Source: Ramazzottius varieornatus (Eukaryota > Animalia > Tardigrada). Taken from it: DNA of 64,000 nucleotides. The stretch lies in contig BDGG01000004.1 in NCBI GenBank assembly GCA_001949185.1, positions 2,918,168 through 2,982,167 of the forward strand, read 5' to 3'. The notes under the pieces were generated by a model that was not told the DNA's origin, did not search any database, and saw nothing but the letters and a program-made list of their open reading frames with translations. The position numbers and the translations under genes are program-made. This document shows positions 13,201-27,500 of this stretch, piece after piece (positions within the stretch are counted from its first letter, which is position 1; every line of letters starts with the position of its first letter).

Positions 13201-13759
13201 CCGAGCTCTTTGAATTAGACCGTCGAAGGTTGCCTGAGCCATGCAGAGCACTAACGCCTGCCAGCTGAGAGATGAGGGAATCCGACGAGTTCATCGAAGA
13301 TACACCAGCCTGAACTGACGTAGGATTGCTGTTTCGCCTCGACGGCTGAACCTCCCCTCCGTCTGTCATCAAGGTCGACGGTTGCTGACTTGGTTGCTCA
13401 CTCTGGATGGTCGCTGGAGCATGTCCAGACGGGAAAATGTCACCTGGAGGTGTTGTTGTGCTGTTAGATAAGTTGAGTAAGCTCATCGGTGGAGGCAAGG
13501 ATTCCATCGACAACGTCTGACTTGGCATAACATATTTTGTAGTATCACTCTCGGCTGACGAAGCCTTGTTCGCGTCTATAGGTACTGCTGAGGATGTCTG
13601 CAAGGAGGAAAATCCAGGCTGTCCTTCTGATGGCAAACCGGGAGGTCCCAACAGTTTATTGTCCACTGCCGCTCCTGGAACACTTGACGTGGAATCCCTA
13701 CCGGACGATGGATCCATATCGCTCGTTGTATTCTCTTCTCTATCTGCGAAAGGAATCAT
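7220..13759 (-). CDS. Sin3: Paired amphipathic helix corepressor Sin3 (multi-exon)
   Basis: PAH1 [17 protein letters not shown]...[44 protein letters not shown]; PAH2 [13 protein letters not shown]; HDAC-interaction domain [10 protein letters not shown]...[15 protein letters not shown]; Sin3_C-like [13 protein letters not shown] and [13 protein letters not shown]. The exact start ATG is uncertain. Confidence 0.92.
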
Positions 13760-16700
13760 CCGTCATTGACAGTCTGTCAATCGGCCAACATTCCAGTCGG
13801 GATTAAGACTCTGAAGTCAGGACCTACGGTTTACTGTTTGCAAGCAGTATGCGGTCTGTCGACGTAAAGGTTTCGCCGTCGATCTTCAAGCAGTCATCCG
13901 TATGTCCACCAATGTCCCAGTGCAAGGTCAGCGATCATCATTACCAGACTTCAGAGTTTCGGGAAGGGAATGAACAAAACTGGAGGAATACTTTGACAGA
14001 AAGTTGGAAATAGAGTTGCTGGAAATTCTCCATTTCTTGTATAAATCTGCGATTGGCTCAATTCAACTGCTTTGTTCAGCCTCTTTACCGGCTGAATGCA
14101 CGCAGCGCAAGTTCTCGTCAACCAAGCAGTCTTGTAGTTATTCAGCGTTCGAGTGAATTCAATCAAGTCAAACGGTGACGGAACCGCTGTTTCTAGGTGC
14201 GTGTCGTCGTGTTCCGATGCTCATTGCACACCTACGCTCGACACCTGTTCCTTCATTCGCCAAATTCGCCAAAAACTGAGAATTTCCAGCAAGTCTAGTT
14301 GGAAACGTAAATACATTTTCAGCGCAATTCGCACATTCGCAAATTGCACTCCATCCTCCATGTTGCATTTCTGCACTCTGCAGTCAGCTGTTAATGATAC
14401 GCAGGTGCATGAGGTGTTGCGCACTGCGCGCCCACCGTTTATGTGAGCCATGTGATGTCTGGCATGTCATGCATCTTTGCTGTTTTTCTTACATGACACC
14501 ATGTCGGCGGAATATGGATTTTGTCATGACATGTCATATGTCGGTGGCTCGGTTTAATTTGTTTGTTGAAGTCTCTTCATGTCGTGTAACTTGTCTTGGA
14601 GGTTGAAGCTGCGCAGACGCCGCAGAGTGGTACTCCGCATTTCCGAAAATGCGGAGGCACAACCTCTAAATGCCAGTCTCTAAAAGGAAGCGAATACCCG
14701 CCCGAACTGTCATCTAAGACCGGTAAGGATGATCTGCTCGACAATTTGCATGGGCTTGTTTGTGGGATCACGCTGCTTTATCTGACTAATTGATTATGTA
14801 GTTTCCGCTAGGAGTGTTGCATCCTGCTGTGGAATTCACTTGGCACAAATAATACATTAAAATGGAAACTTGTGTTCGGTTCAGCGGCGTCGAATGGATG
14901 GAGAAGCTATAGAGATGTAGAAACGGAATGAGATCCATTGCACTTGTCCTGATTCACGGATGATTCCACTTGATATGTGCATATCTTATTGTTCTGCTCA
15001 TCTGTTGTTATATTATCACTTCACTGCACCCGGAACACTGTAAGTTAAAAAGGAAAAATTATCGATGTAGCAGATATATTATGAAAGAATCACGATGTTG
15101 ACTCTGTAGATGAATGTATTGCAGATCCATCAGTACGACTTCCGGCGGGAAAGCCATGTCTGGACAAGAGGCTTCTGCTCACGAAAGACATGCCAAACTC
15201 AAAGAAAGTCCACCTCTTCAAAGATCGAATTTCCGAACTTCAGAACAAACCCAGAAAATTCCTCACATGCAAAAAGCTTCGGGGTGCGCGGCGAAGAACT
15301 GACTATGGTTGGACGGCACGAAAGAAGATTGATCGGACACCTACGAGGGCGAAGTTGTAAAGTTAGCCGGCTGGTGCCTGGGTTGTAAAGTTTGCCACTG
15401 AAGATTAGGAGTAGGCCCCTAAATGGCCTACGCTCCATAAAATGCGGCTAACTTTTCAACCACGGCCTACGTCGGCAAACTTTACAACTTTGCCCTCGTA
15501 TGGGTTGAACAGTACTACACTATGGTGGTTACGGACAAGCTGACGTTGACTTTTGTTTCTTACCCGCAGGATAAGCCTAGGAGGCAGGTGCGAGAACAAG
15601 GATGAAGAACGGCGGAAAACCAAGCGAAGAACCCACATAACGCGAGACACTCGGACAGAAGACCGACTGAGAAGTGAGGACAACCATGGAAGTACGGTAA
15701 GTGCGGAAATTACTGAAACGCTGCCCAACGACGGATAACGTGGGGGAAGGGGGGGGGTGCTTCACAGCTGTGGTGTTTACGATGGCCTGGACTTGTTACT
15801 GTGTTCTGGTACATCATTTTCACGGAACCACGCCTTTGCATAGCACAGTTATTATCGGCTCAAAAAATAAGACAGGGTCAGCAGAGATCGGGTTGAAGAC
15901 TAGTCTAAATCTACTTTCCAGCTCTTCTGATAGTCTGACATCTGGCCCGGAGGCATAAGCAAACTTGTACAGCAGAAAAATTTCATATGCTGAAACCCTT
16001 CTATTGACGCTTTTGTTGGATCTGTTTCTAAAATACCTTGGAAAATATTTGCTATAATAATCCCTCAGAAAATAACTTCCGCAATGAGGTCCCGGCGAAT
16101 TCAAGGTTAATACGCAAGATCGAAATAGTTTCCCGTTAGATATTCGTTGAACTTATCGATATTAATTGTGCATGACAGGCAAGCCGACGATTTCAAGATT
16201 ACTCCGCAGGTGACGGGAGAAATGGCAAAGTGTTCGGCGTACATCCGGGTAGTGTACGGAAGTGATGTACAGTACAGAGCACGGTCGGGATGTGATTTGA
16301 CTAGGGCTGATGAAGAGCGATGGAAATCACGCACGGAAACGTGTAGTCAGTGCGCTGCGCTGCATGGCTCACTGCGTGGCATCTGCTTGTCGTCATTGGG
16401 GGAACGTGTCGCCTGTTTGCAGACTAGTCTGTCCACAGACCATACCGTAGATACAATCTACTGGCATATAATTGTTTTCTTAATGAGTTTAAATTACCTG
16501 ATAATATGCCACGGAACAGGAAATATGCGGGCAGGGAATTAGTCCCCAAATCAGATAGCATCAATCGTGACCTGCTGCTATATCACATGTACGATTAGCG
16601 TTCGCCTGAAATATCCTAGCCGTAAGTCGCGCAGCAATATATACGCGGTCCCTAACAGTATAGCTCTCTTCAGAACAGAAATCCAAGGGCTAAAATGAAA

Positions 16701-18052
16701 ATCTTTCAGTGAGGAACTGAAGTAATGGACTGGTGAGGGTTTGTCAAACTGCGGAGAGAATCAATGCGGCTTTCCGAGTTTCCCTCGGTTCGTACGCCAG
16801 TACAGGCAACATGCCCGTGGGCACGAGCTCGGAAACGTATGCGCGGAACAATCGACAAGAGAGTGAACCATCTAACCGTTTTCGAGGACGGTTGTGAAGT
16901 CTTGTCTGGCTCGAAACTAGTCTTCTGTTCTTGCACTTGGTCAGAGCTATTCAGGGACCAGTGGTTTCCGTCTCATACATCGGCAAACCTTCTTCTTGTA
17001 TAGGAGAATTTCGTGTCAGGATGAACGTCAGCTCGAAATCACTTTCGCAGACACACAAACTCTAGGTACTCTCCCTCGAAAAATTTATTGCTGGAGGCAA
17101 AATTTATGGAGAAGGTTTCGTGAACCAGGTGAACGTGCAGGGCGGATGATGACGTACGATATGTGCGAGAAATATCGTGAGGAAATAGTAAGCGTCAAGT
17201 TACATACATACAGTATACAACGCGTTTGGCGCGGTGCAGTACATAGTGCAGACATTGGTATTAGCAACTAGTTCAGCATTGGCTTGATCCAATCCAGGCT
17301 GTCGATATCTGTGCTGGTGCACAAGTGCCAATCAGGAGGCTGCATCTGGGATTTTCATGTTGCAAAAAGAGCTTAACCAGATGGATCACTTCTCCTCTTC
17401 ACATACCCAGCTCTAGTATAGATCGGTACATCCCTGTCATAAGGTTATCGAAACTTTGTGAGGTAACTTATCTCGGTTCTAGCATCGCTTTTTGATATTA
17501 TTGTTTGGTTGAGAGTGTCGGAATTTACGCCTCTGAACAACTCAACTTCTTCCTTGTCAGAAAAATCACATATTCGGTTCCCATCGTATCCCGCAACTCT
17601 CTGATACACTGCGTGGAGTATTTTGCCCCATCTAAACTGTTTCTGATGTTGATGGTGCAATGCGGAATTAATTTTGTTGATTGAATATGGACGCGTCGCA
17701 CGATACTTTGGTCAATCCCCTTTTGTTACCAAGTACGCCAGTTTCTCTAATTAGTTCGATCACTTAGCTGACGAAAAGATGCCAGAGACTCAATCCGATC
17801 CCTTCTGAGTCAAGACATCCAACTGACTACTCTTTGGGCAACATCTGCGTAGAATGACATTTTACTGTATGGTCGGCTAATGTAGCGGTGACGGAAGCTC
17901 TGAAGAACCTTATGATACCAGTGACCTTTAGGGTTACGGTATATCTTCGTATACTAATGCTGAAATTCCAAGGCAAACGTCATTTCGAACGGTCAGCCTT
18001 TTGCTCAAGTATTTGGGTCTTTCTAAATTTTGTTTGGATTTTCACAGGTATA

Positions 18053-21000
18053 ATGAAGTGTGAATCTCCAAGATGCGCCGGATGCGGCTCGCAGATCCAC
18101 GATCAGTACATTCTGCGTGTAGCGCCCGATCTGGAGTGGCATGCGTCGTGCCTGAAATGTGGAATATGTCAGCAATTTCTGGATGAGAATAGCACTTGCT
18201 TTGTCCATCAAGGTCGCCCGATCTGCAAAGACGATTACATTCGGTAAGCAATATTGCGCATCACTGTTTGCTTTACCCGAATTCCAAAAGACTTGATTGT
18301 CACCGAACAATTAATTAACGCACACAGGCAGCGCCCTTCTCACACCACTGTTACGTCAGCGTAGTGAGCAATTATGACACTGCTGTCCAAACCCGAGCAC
18401 CCGTCGAGATCCCACACTCACAGATTTAGAGTGGTGCGAACCGAACATTAAGCTTGACTACGAGGGAGAAAAAAAGAAGAGAATAAGTTGGATATCTCAT
18501 CAATTTTCCTCAAAACTGTTATTTTCGGGAAAAAACGCAGGGTCGAGCTGTTGATTGACTAACATTTTCTAACTTTGCTTATATTAGAGAGTAAAAGGTC
18601 ACAGGAGTCAGAGTTATGAATCTCTGGCAGACTGAAATGTCCTTACTTAGTTATCCTTTTTTCTGTATTTTAGGAGTTTCCGCACCTGTGCAAAATGCAA
18701 AGAACCCTTCTGCAAGGATGACGTCGTGATGCGTGCGCGGCGTTTGATCTTTCACGTCGACTGTTTTCGGTGTTCGGCTTGCAATAATTCTCTGGCGACA
18801 GGTACTGTGAATGGTTGCTAGTTTTAATCATAACCTGTCAGTTCACCAAAGAATACCCTGCACTAACTTCCTGTAAAACTGACAAATTTTGGAATTAAGT
18901 AGATGTTTGGCCAGAATGGTCCGAATATATGTACAGTGTACATGCATGAATCTGCGCATGTTGGCTTTGGTGGCATCGCTTGACAGTTACGACCCATTTA
19001 GGAAATTAAAACAAGACGCTGCTATTTACAGGCGATGAGTTTGGCCTGCGGGAAGACGTCTTGTTTTGCAAAAGTCATTTCGACCAGACCCAGAAACTTT
19101 TGGACGAGAAAGACTCGGACAGTGTCGTCTACCAGAAGCGCCAAAAATCACACGACAAGTCTTTCGGTAAGCCAGAACCTCCTTCGCATTTGAAATCTTC
19201 GCGAAAAAAACCATTCAGAGCCACCAACTGCCGGCCGTACTTCTCGCACTGTAATCTCACGATATTCGGTGCGAGAACTTGGAATTATTGGATGGAACCG
19301 AGAAGGCGCCAATCGTTTCATCAGCAAGGAAAACCACCGTCTTTAGTCTGGAGAATTTTTTTGAACGCGATAAGCCAACTTTCGAGTCGTTTAGGCAGAT
19401 TAAATTATATCTTACGGATAGGGAGACCAGTTTTTTGGGGTTGCCATTAGCCGGCGGTCTTGTGGATTCCAACAAGATGGCTGGAAGGCAGGCGTCTGCT
19501 GGACATGCCGCACAGATAGCCAAGATAGCGCGCGAGTTATTCGGGGTAGAGTTATGGAGAAGGTTTGGGGCCGCTCATGGATGGAATGGCAGCTTGCTTG
19601 CTTGCTTTGCATTAGTATCATGGCAGGACAGAAGATGATGTCGCGGTGATTTTGATTTATCCGACAGTGACAAGACAAGTAAGGAGTACGTAAACAGTTT
19701 AGCTTGCACCTAATTCAATTTCCATTGGCAGTCTGTGGTGCGCTAGTCTTGCTCTGAAGTCTTATCCACGTTTATTCAGTGCCATGTGTGCACATGCCAA
19801 CTGCTCCGCTCCCACCACAACCCACGAACCTTTCTCCATAATCACTTTCCGATCCAAAATGATACCCACCAACTCCTACTAACCAGTCCATATCTAAAAC
19901 AAAGAGAGCTATCGCTAGCGTCAAACGAGCCGATGTTTTTGTATCCCAGGTTTCGGACCCGACCAATTTATCTGTCACTAACAATTTCAGAAAAATGAAA
20001 AATTTCTGAAGAATAAATACTAAGAGAAATAATTTTCAGGAAAGCAAATTACTTATGGAAAAGGGTTCGGATTATTTCTTCGAGGTTCTCTCTGTTTCGC
20101 TAGAGTTCGTTCTTTTCGAGTATTTTTTTCCGGGAAGGTTCTGGGGGATATGGGTGGTAATATGGAAAATAGGTTAAAGAGTGAAACAAAAATGTCGGCG
20201 GAGGATTATGCAGTGAAAGGTGAGACGTGATTTGAAAGATTAGCGTCTGTCATGATGGCGCACGCGATCTTCTCGTTAATTGAGCAATTAGGTGAGATTC
20301 CGATTGGCCCGTCGGACGTGACGGGCTTCTTGGCTTAGACTGTCAGGTTGAATTGTGCGTTGCTGACGTTTTTTTTATGTTCTTGACAGATCATGTCGAT
20401 ACTCCGCCAAGCAGTAACGAAGGACAAGTGACACTAAACGGCCCACGCAGTCCTTCCTCCTCTTCGCCGAACTCGGGCAGCGGTACGGTCATCACTTCCA
20501 CAGCCATGGTCGGATCCAACTTCCCCAAGCATACCTCCCGCGAGTCTTCACATTCACACCGGGCCGGTGGAAAGCACAGCAAGGAATCCAAGACCACCCG
20601 CGTTCGCACCGTTCTCAATGAAAAGCAATTGGCCACTCTCCGCCAGTGCTATAACATGAACCCGCGACCCGATGCACTCACGAAGGAAAACCTGGTGGAA
20701 CACACCGGATTGAGCTCACGGGTTATACGTGTCTGGTTCCAGGTAGATTACCTCGGGGGTCTCCGCACGCTGTCTAACAAGCTTGCTGGATCCTGGCTCT
20801 GAATTTTATTTTGAAATTTCATTTTCAGAATAAGCGGTGTAAAGACAAGAAACGGAGCGTCTTGATGAAGCAGATGGCTCACCAGGAAAAGGTAAGGAAA
20901 CTGTATAGAAATTCGAGATGAATATACCGATAGAGTCGGGCGTAAGGGCTGATCAGTGATCACGATCGGCGATCGCGAGCCTAGTTCATAATAAAGTTTC

Positions 21001-24000
21001 CGACTTTGTCTGTTGTTCGGCTCGCAAGAGAATAAGTCGATCGCTCAACATCGATTGCTACTTGTAATTATTGGTAAACAGAAGGATGGATACACAGTGG
21101 CAGTACCTGCATGCACTGTACGGTCAAACGAAACATTTGCATGGGTGAATTCCCCATGCAAATCCCAGGAGCATAACGTGAGGGCAGCCAAGGATAGAAT
21201 TACGTTTGCTTTTAACGTTCTGAATTGACGCAACGGGCAAGCTGGGCTCAGTGTTGAATACGATCTCCGTCAGAGGCTCAAAGTTACCCTACACCAGTAA
21301 CGTGCGCGAGTCAACTACCTGTCCATCGAATTGCCCTTAGGAAATTGATTAATTACAACTCGTGCCTTGCAATGGTGTCAATTTTACCTTTACGATCGCG
21401 TACCTACGCGTTATCCATGTCAGAGCCATGGAACAGTCGATTAAGCCCAGCGAACGCGCATGATTACCGACGCGATAAATTACCAGATGTACGTACCGTG
21501 CTTGATTGATACCGATACAAAATCTACACGCACATTCTTCATTTGCAGTAAGTTGGAAGGATCTTAGAAAAAAGGCGGATAAAAATGATCGGATTTTTTT
21601 TCTCAGTGCTGTATCATTGATCTGCTAATTAATGATATCTGAAAAGGGTATTCCGTGGTATTGAGCGTGTTCGGTCAAGTCTTGGTTCGGTCAGTTCATT
21701 AACATAGTGGTGATAATTGATTGAAATGGCCGGACTGCGTGGTGGTAGTGTTTTTGGAGCGTGAAGCGTAAATACTTCCGTTGCAGCCGAGCTTTACTCG
21801 GCGTCGTGCTTGGGTGGAAGTGAGGAAGGGCCGGGATCTGCTGCAGTAATGATGCGGGTTGGTCGTTGTGCCTAGTTTGTGCCAGTTCAATTATTCTTTA
21901 ACAAGTCTTATGATGTCGGCGGCGTTACAGCGCGTGCCCGACAGGCGACTTGCTGAAGGACAGGCCGCTTTCAACGGGAGTCACACAAAACCAGTTGCGG
22001 GGGTGAGCAAATGTTGTGCTGCACTTTCTCAGGATAAATTCACTGTGGAGTGAATATTGTTCGGCGCCTCTTTTGTGCATACCCGCAGTGGCAATAAAAT
22101 TTCGATAATGAAATAATTGAGCCTGTGCCTCTTTGGGTGAGGTCCCTTCTTGCTCGTAAATGCCGAGCACAGTGTACCTGGACACGTGCCCCCTTCACAA
22201 AGAGCAGTCTATCTTCACTTCATTTACCCCAACCGTATTATTATGCTCTGTCTCAGTTCCGCCCGCTTGAACTCCGTAGTCTCACCAGATATAATAATAT
22301 GTGCAGAAATGATTCCACCGCGCCAGGGATGATCGCACCGGTAAATTTGAAGATTCTCCCAAATTACTAAAGTTTTCTCATTGAGCTGGTTTTCTAATTT
22401 TAAAATTTCCGTAGGGTTTTTTGGCACTTCGTTCCATGATTTTGCAGAACCAACCGGACGAACTAGTCAGGAAATTCGAGAGACCACCATTTTAGTGCTC
22501 GTACAGTACGCAGCTTACATGCCGTCGTGGTCCTCGTAAGAAATCGGTACCGCGCGTAGGATAGAAGTCTTGCATGCAGATCAATATAGATTTCCGATCA
22601 CATACAGGGTCACAACCCGAGATATCCTCAGTCTTCCAGTGCCGAGCGTAATCTTTTCTTACGCATAGACCGCAGATGGCCGGTCCCGCTTAAATCTGAT
22701 TAAGGCATGCTTTATTTACTCCCAGGTCCTAGCTACGACTGCACTTTGCGCGAATGCTTTCTTTGCATTGTGCTAGTGCGGACTGGGCGGATGTAAGCGA
22801 ATGCATATTTACGAAAGAGCCCAAGCAGCGTTATGGATTTTTTGCCCTCTTTGACCTTTGGCGTGCTTTCTGCGTGCACTATAGGCACGTTATCCATCAC
22901 GCAGCACACACTTCAAAAAGAATCTTGACCGTTTTTATTTGCAAAAAACTGAAGCAGGCTATTTATATTTTAGCTATCAAAAAGGCGAGGCTGGAAGCTC
23001 GAAGGCGGCATATACTGTATGTAAATGAAGAGCTGGATCATCAAGACGGCTCGAAAAGGCACTTGAGTCATGTGTCTACAGTGCATGTATCAAGTGCTTT
23101 TGTTTGGCTTTCTCTCCCCACAAAATAAGCCGTCTTATGGTCTGAGAAGGCCCTATTATTTTACCTCTGTTTGTATACAGTATGTTTTCGTTGAGGATAG
23201 CCAAGCTACCGTTTGTTTGCCCTGCAAAAACACAGGTGCACACTCTACCCTTACTACAATAGCATTCGAGCGCTGCTGTCAGTAAAATAATATAACGTGG
23301 GCCGAAGAGAAAGAAAGCCAAAGTCAATTGGGGAACTTAACCGAAATATATTCTGAGACTGTTGTTTTGTCTTGCAGAACGGTCAGCGGCTTCAAGCCAT
23401 ACAAGGTCTGCAGGGTGTGCCAATGATTGCAGGAAGCCCCATCCGTCATATCGGACACGGGGATCCTCATATGCAGATGGACGTGAGGAACTATCATCAG
23501 CCACCACCCACGTGGAAAGCGCTTAGCGACTTTGCCATGCAGAACGATCTCAGGTTGCCTCTGAATGGTGGCGGAAGCGACGGCAGCCACGAAGGAACGG
23601 GCGCGTTCCAGCAACTGGTAAGCGCAGATTGATAAACACAAGCTTGTTCAACCGTAGCCGAAGTCCTTTCTTAATCTATAAAATTTATGGGTCCAGTTTA
23701 AAACTGGCACTCGGAATGGTTTTTGAGCTGGAATAACGCTCTCGCGATTCTCCGTGCAGCCTTTACGAATTCTTGCAGCGTAACAAGACGCGTTTCGCCC
23801 GATCGCATCTTTCTGGTCCCAGTAATCGAACACGTTACTTGCGGCGACGATTCCAAGGCGTCAAAAGAAATAAACAGGATAGGAAAGGCATCGGTTGGAT
23901 ATGGTGGCTTTTCTGTGAAGGGGAACATGAGGATGAGACGCATCAGGTTACAGCTAGTTTCAATCTAAACAACAGCCACTAGACTAAACATACTGCCGAG

Positions 24001-24560
24001 CTGCCATGGAACATGAATTGAATACATAAACCAAAATGCTGATCCTCCACCCAAGTTGCATACAGAATACATAAGCTCCATGTATACATGTTTGCTCGAA
24101 CCATATGATAATCCGGAAACTTCACCAAACAACAACTCAAAACTACGTTATGCTATCAATATACGGGACGCGGACAGATCAACTGACCCAGGTCGTTAGC
24201 CAAAGCGGCGCACGCTTCCGTTGTTGCTGGCCGAACGTGTGCGCCACTTAGAAAACGATCTGGCTCAGTCCTTCGCGTGCGTCCCACATGACGAGTTTTC
24301 CCAAGAAACCTTGATCTTTACTTATTGCGGGTTTTTTACAGATGCATGGCTTTGGGGATGGAAGCGGGATGGGAGCGATGCATATGCATCATCAGGGACC
24401 GCCAGCACAACACGGTCACCCGGGGCAAGAGATGGGTAGCATGAATGGGCTGTATTCGGATATGGCCATTGATGACAGCTATTCGCACGGCGGTCCCAAT
24501 TCTGTCTCCAGCTCGATGGTTCCCTCCGACCTCTCCAGCCCATCAGGAAGTATGGACTAG
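18053..24560 (+). CDS. Isl: LIM-homeodomain transcription factor Islet/tailup; exons 18053-18243, 18674-18801, 19032-19166, 20390-20742, 20829-20891, 23378-23617, 24342-24560
   Basis: LIM1 [29 protein letters not shown]; LIM2 CAKC...[20 protein letters not shown]; Islet homeodomain [29 protein letters not shown]...RVIRVWFQ|NKRCKDKKR; Islet-specific [12 protein letters not shown] and [14 protein letters not shown]. An additional upstream exon is possible. Confidence 0.95.
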
Positions 24561-27500
24561 TGCCAGCTGAAAGATCTTCCGCTCCAGATTGATACGATAT
24601 AGCTGTGCTTGGTGGCTGCCATCAGCCAAGCTGAGCTGGATATGTCATCCCTGGTCGACAGAATAATGGGACATCCTTTCGTTGAGAAATTTGATCTTTT
24701 TCGCTTTAGCCATAGAAGCTTCTGTATGATCACTCGGTCAAATCTGAGCTGGCTTATAGTCTCGGCTAGTCGGCTGGCCAGAGGCTGGTGTGTCGCTGCT
24801 GGCGACGAGCTGGCTGACATTCTTGTTTATTGATCTAATCTACCAAATATGTTTCGTTGCTGCAAGCCCAGCAGAGCAGACAAATTTCTCTCTTGAAACT
24901 CAAACACCACAGGCAATAATCTCTTCGATCTGTCAGAAAGAGAAGCAATTGTAGCTTACGTATTTAGCTCTTTTTAGCACACCAGTACGCGGCTGTTCTT
25001 CGACCGTCTTTAATACCGGTGACGTTTATCATTAACCATATCACGTGTACAGTACTTACTTTCGAATAATAAACACGCTTCTTTTTTTCCCGCTATAACG
25101 TGAAATTTATCGTTTCGGCACGCATAACTGAAAATTTAATTCTGCATCGAGATTATGACATGCCGTACGTATTCGAGCGGAAAGTGCCAACACACTTTAC
25201 TTAATAGTTTTTTGGCGGCTTAATTAGCGTTTTTAATGCTGAGCACTTGTCCGCCATAAGTATCTAGGGAGCCCGGTACGCGGCATCTTTCACGAAGAGT
25301 CATGAAAGTGTCCGTATAATGACGTTGCTAATGCAGTGTTATGGCTGTTTCCGGTAAGTCACGAAATGTTCCGTCGTGAACAGAAGAACCGTCATTAGGC
25401 AATGGATCTGTTGATTTATTATGACGATAATCTTTAATAATTAAATGAAGCGTCCCTCTTTTCAGTCCACTAATGTATTTCATGCCGGCTGTCACAGTTC
25501 CCTGCCAGCATGGCTACTCCAAAGATATTTCGCCCGCACTTCTATCCCACAGGCTTCCGTTCCTCTTGTGAACTCTGCTCGCTGTGTGCTCTCAATAAAA
25601 CCCGTCATCATCATTCATCTTGCGCTCTAATCAAATAAATTATGACTCGACGACCAGCTTCCTTAATCAAGCACTAGTTTCCATATAGCCACACCCTGTT
25701 TTTACCATACACTTGTTCCTCAGTAAACACAAACGGGATGTTGGCAAATGGTGTCGCCTAGATCTAGATCGTTGTTTCAAGTGGCGCAAGTTTCCACTTT
25801 TACTGGCCGAGAGCGTGCGCCACTTGGGAAAACAATGTGGGCCAATTCATTTTCCCCCATTCTAAGCCATGTTTCCAAAGTTGAAGAGCTCAGAACTTTA
25901 AAATAGGCAGAGGACCACGAGTACTTGTAACCAATAGAAAGTGCTGGGGAAGGAACCAGCAGTTAGAAAGAGTGCATTGTGGACTCTTAATTGTTCCTCA
26001 ATTAGCTGTTAACTTGGTACAATATTGACCTCCGCTGTCCGATTGCTTACATCGCAGCCAATTTGCGAACAATAACGTGCAGAAAGGCCCGTAGACGGCA
26101 AGTTTATGATCTGTCTGTGGAGTGGATGCTTCATAAAGATATCTGACAATCTGTTTCGTTAATTCGACAGTAATCATCGTAATGCCAATGGCAATTAGAC
26201 TCGTCGGCGGTCGCTCCCTCCTGACATCCTAATTATGACAGGCATATTTGACGTCGAGGGCCGCGCGCGCGGAATTTGTCACCGCAAACTTGTACGAATG
26301 CCGCCACCAGTGTCTTGTGTCATTACAGTTGAAAAGCAAGACACTGGCAAGACTTGCGTCGGTTCAGGTCAGCAAAACTGACCGCCCATCATGGCTTCAT
26401 GACCTGTTTTGAACGGCGACGATCGAGACTTCCACAGCCGTGTGCGGTCGAATCGCCGCCGGTTCGCGGTGGTATTACAGTATGGTAGCAAGCTGCTTAA
26501 ATTTTCTCCCGCAGAGTATACGGCCAATAATAACAAAAACAATCCCAAGATCAGCTTACAAAAACATCGATTCTGTATCTCTATGTTGGGACCAGACTGT
26601 TCCCTCGAACAAAGTTGACGCTCCTGATTGATGATGCAACATCGGGAGAGGGAAACGCCCATCGGGAGCTTCGAATTCGGTGGACATATCTTCGTGAAAT
26701 GTTATTTGCGATGCAGAATATTTTGGAGTCTGACTTCCGATGGGTCCGGCCATTGGTAGCAGCAGCCCGTCCATTAATACCGGTACCTGCGCCCCGGAAA
26801 TTTGCTTCTGAGGAGCATGCAAACTCACCCTTTCCAGCTTTTGTCGAGCGTGACGATCTCCTGATCCGGCGTGTGTACTTTAGCTCAGACTACCTTTCTT
26901 TAGCGCGGTTTGTGTACCTTCTGCTTTTCCTATTCATCCTGCTCATGCTTTCGTCCCCGACCTATTGATCGACGGGGATATAAACGGATCAAAAGAGAGC
27001 ACATGCGTGGATATGAAGTACGAAGTCGATCACGAGCACGAAGCTCTGCTTTCTCTACGTGAACAGCGCCCACCAAAGCAAAAGCCCGGATTAGTAATGT
27101 TCTTTTGCTGTTCTTCGTTTGTTTAGTTCGGATTAAGTGACCTGATCTTTACCAGCTAATCGCTGAACAATTGATCAGTGGTATATGTTTTGCTTAATTG
27201 CCCAAATATATGCCACCATGTGCTATTTACTTTCCACCGGTGTAACTCAGGTCAATTCTTACACGCATGGGCGGAACTCGTAAGAATGAAAAAGTGATAA
27301 TGTTTCGAGTTCAGAAATGGTCTTTTCAGATGTAGTTTTGGAGAACTTGTTTAAGTTCTCGCCCAAGTTCTTCACGTTCAGTGACCCCGCATAGGGATGT
27401 CGGTGCAGCTTCACAACATATACATAGCGATGCGAAGTTCCCATCTCGAGTATGGATGCTCATCGCTCTGTTAGAATGGGCGCCAATGACGCGACTTTAT

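Noticed and set aside
7238-13806. Many + strand ORFs (up to 187 aa) over the Sin3 locus
   Set aside because: Antisense shadows of Sin3 coding exons; no independent motifs.
15110-15440. Short ORFs upstream of Islet as a coding first exon
   Set aside because: They terminate in frame or cannot be phased onto the LIM1 exon; more likely 5' UTR or non-coding.
19279-19638. 119-aa ORF inside Islet intron 3
   Set aside because: No recognisable domain and no convincing splice context; within chance expectation.
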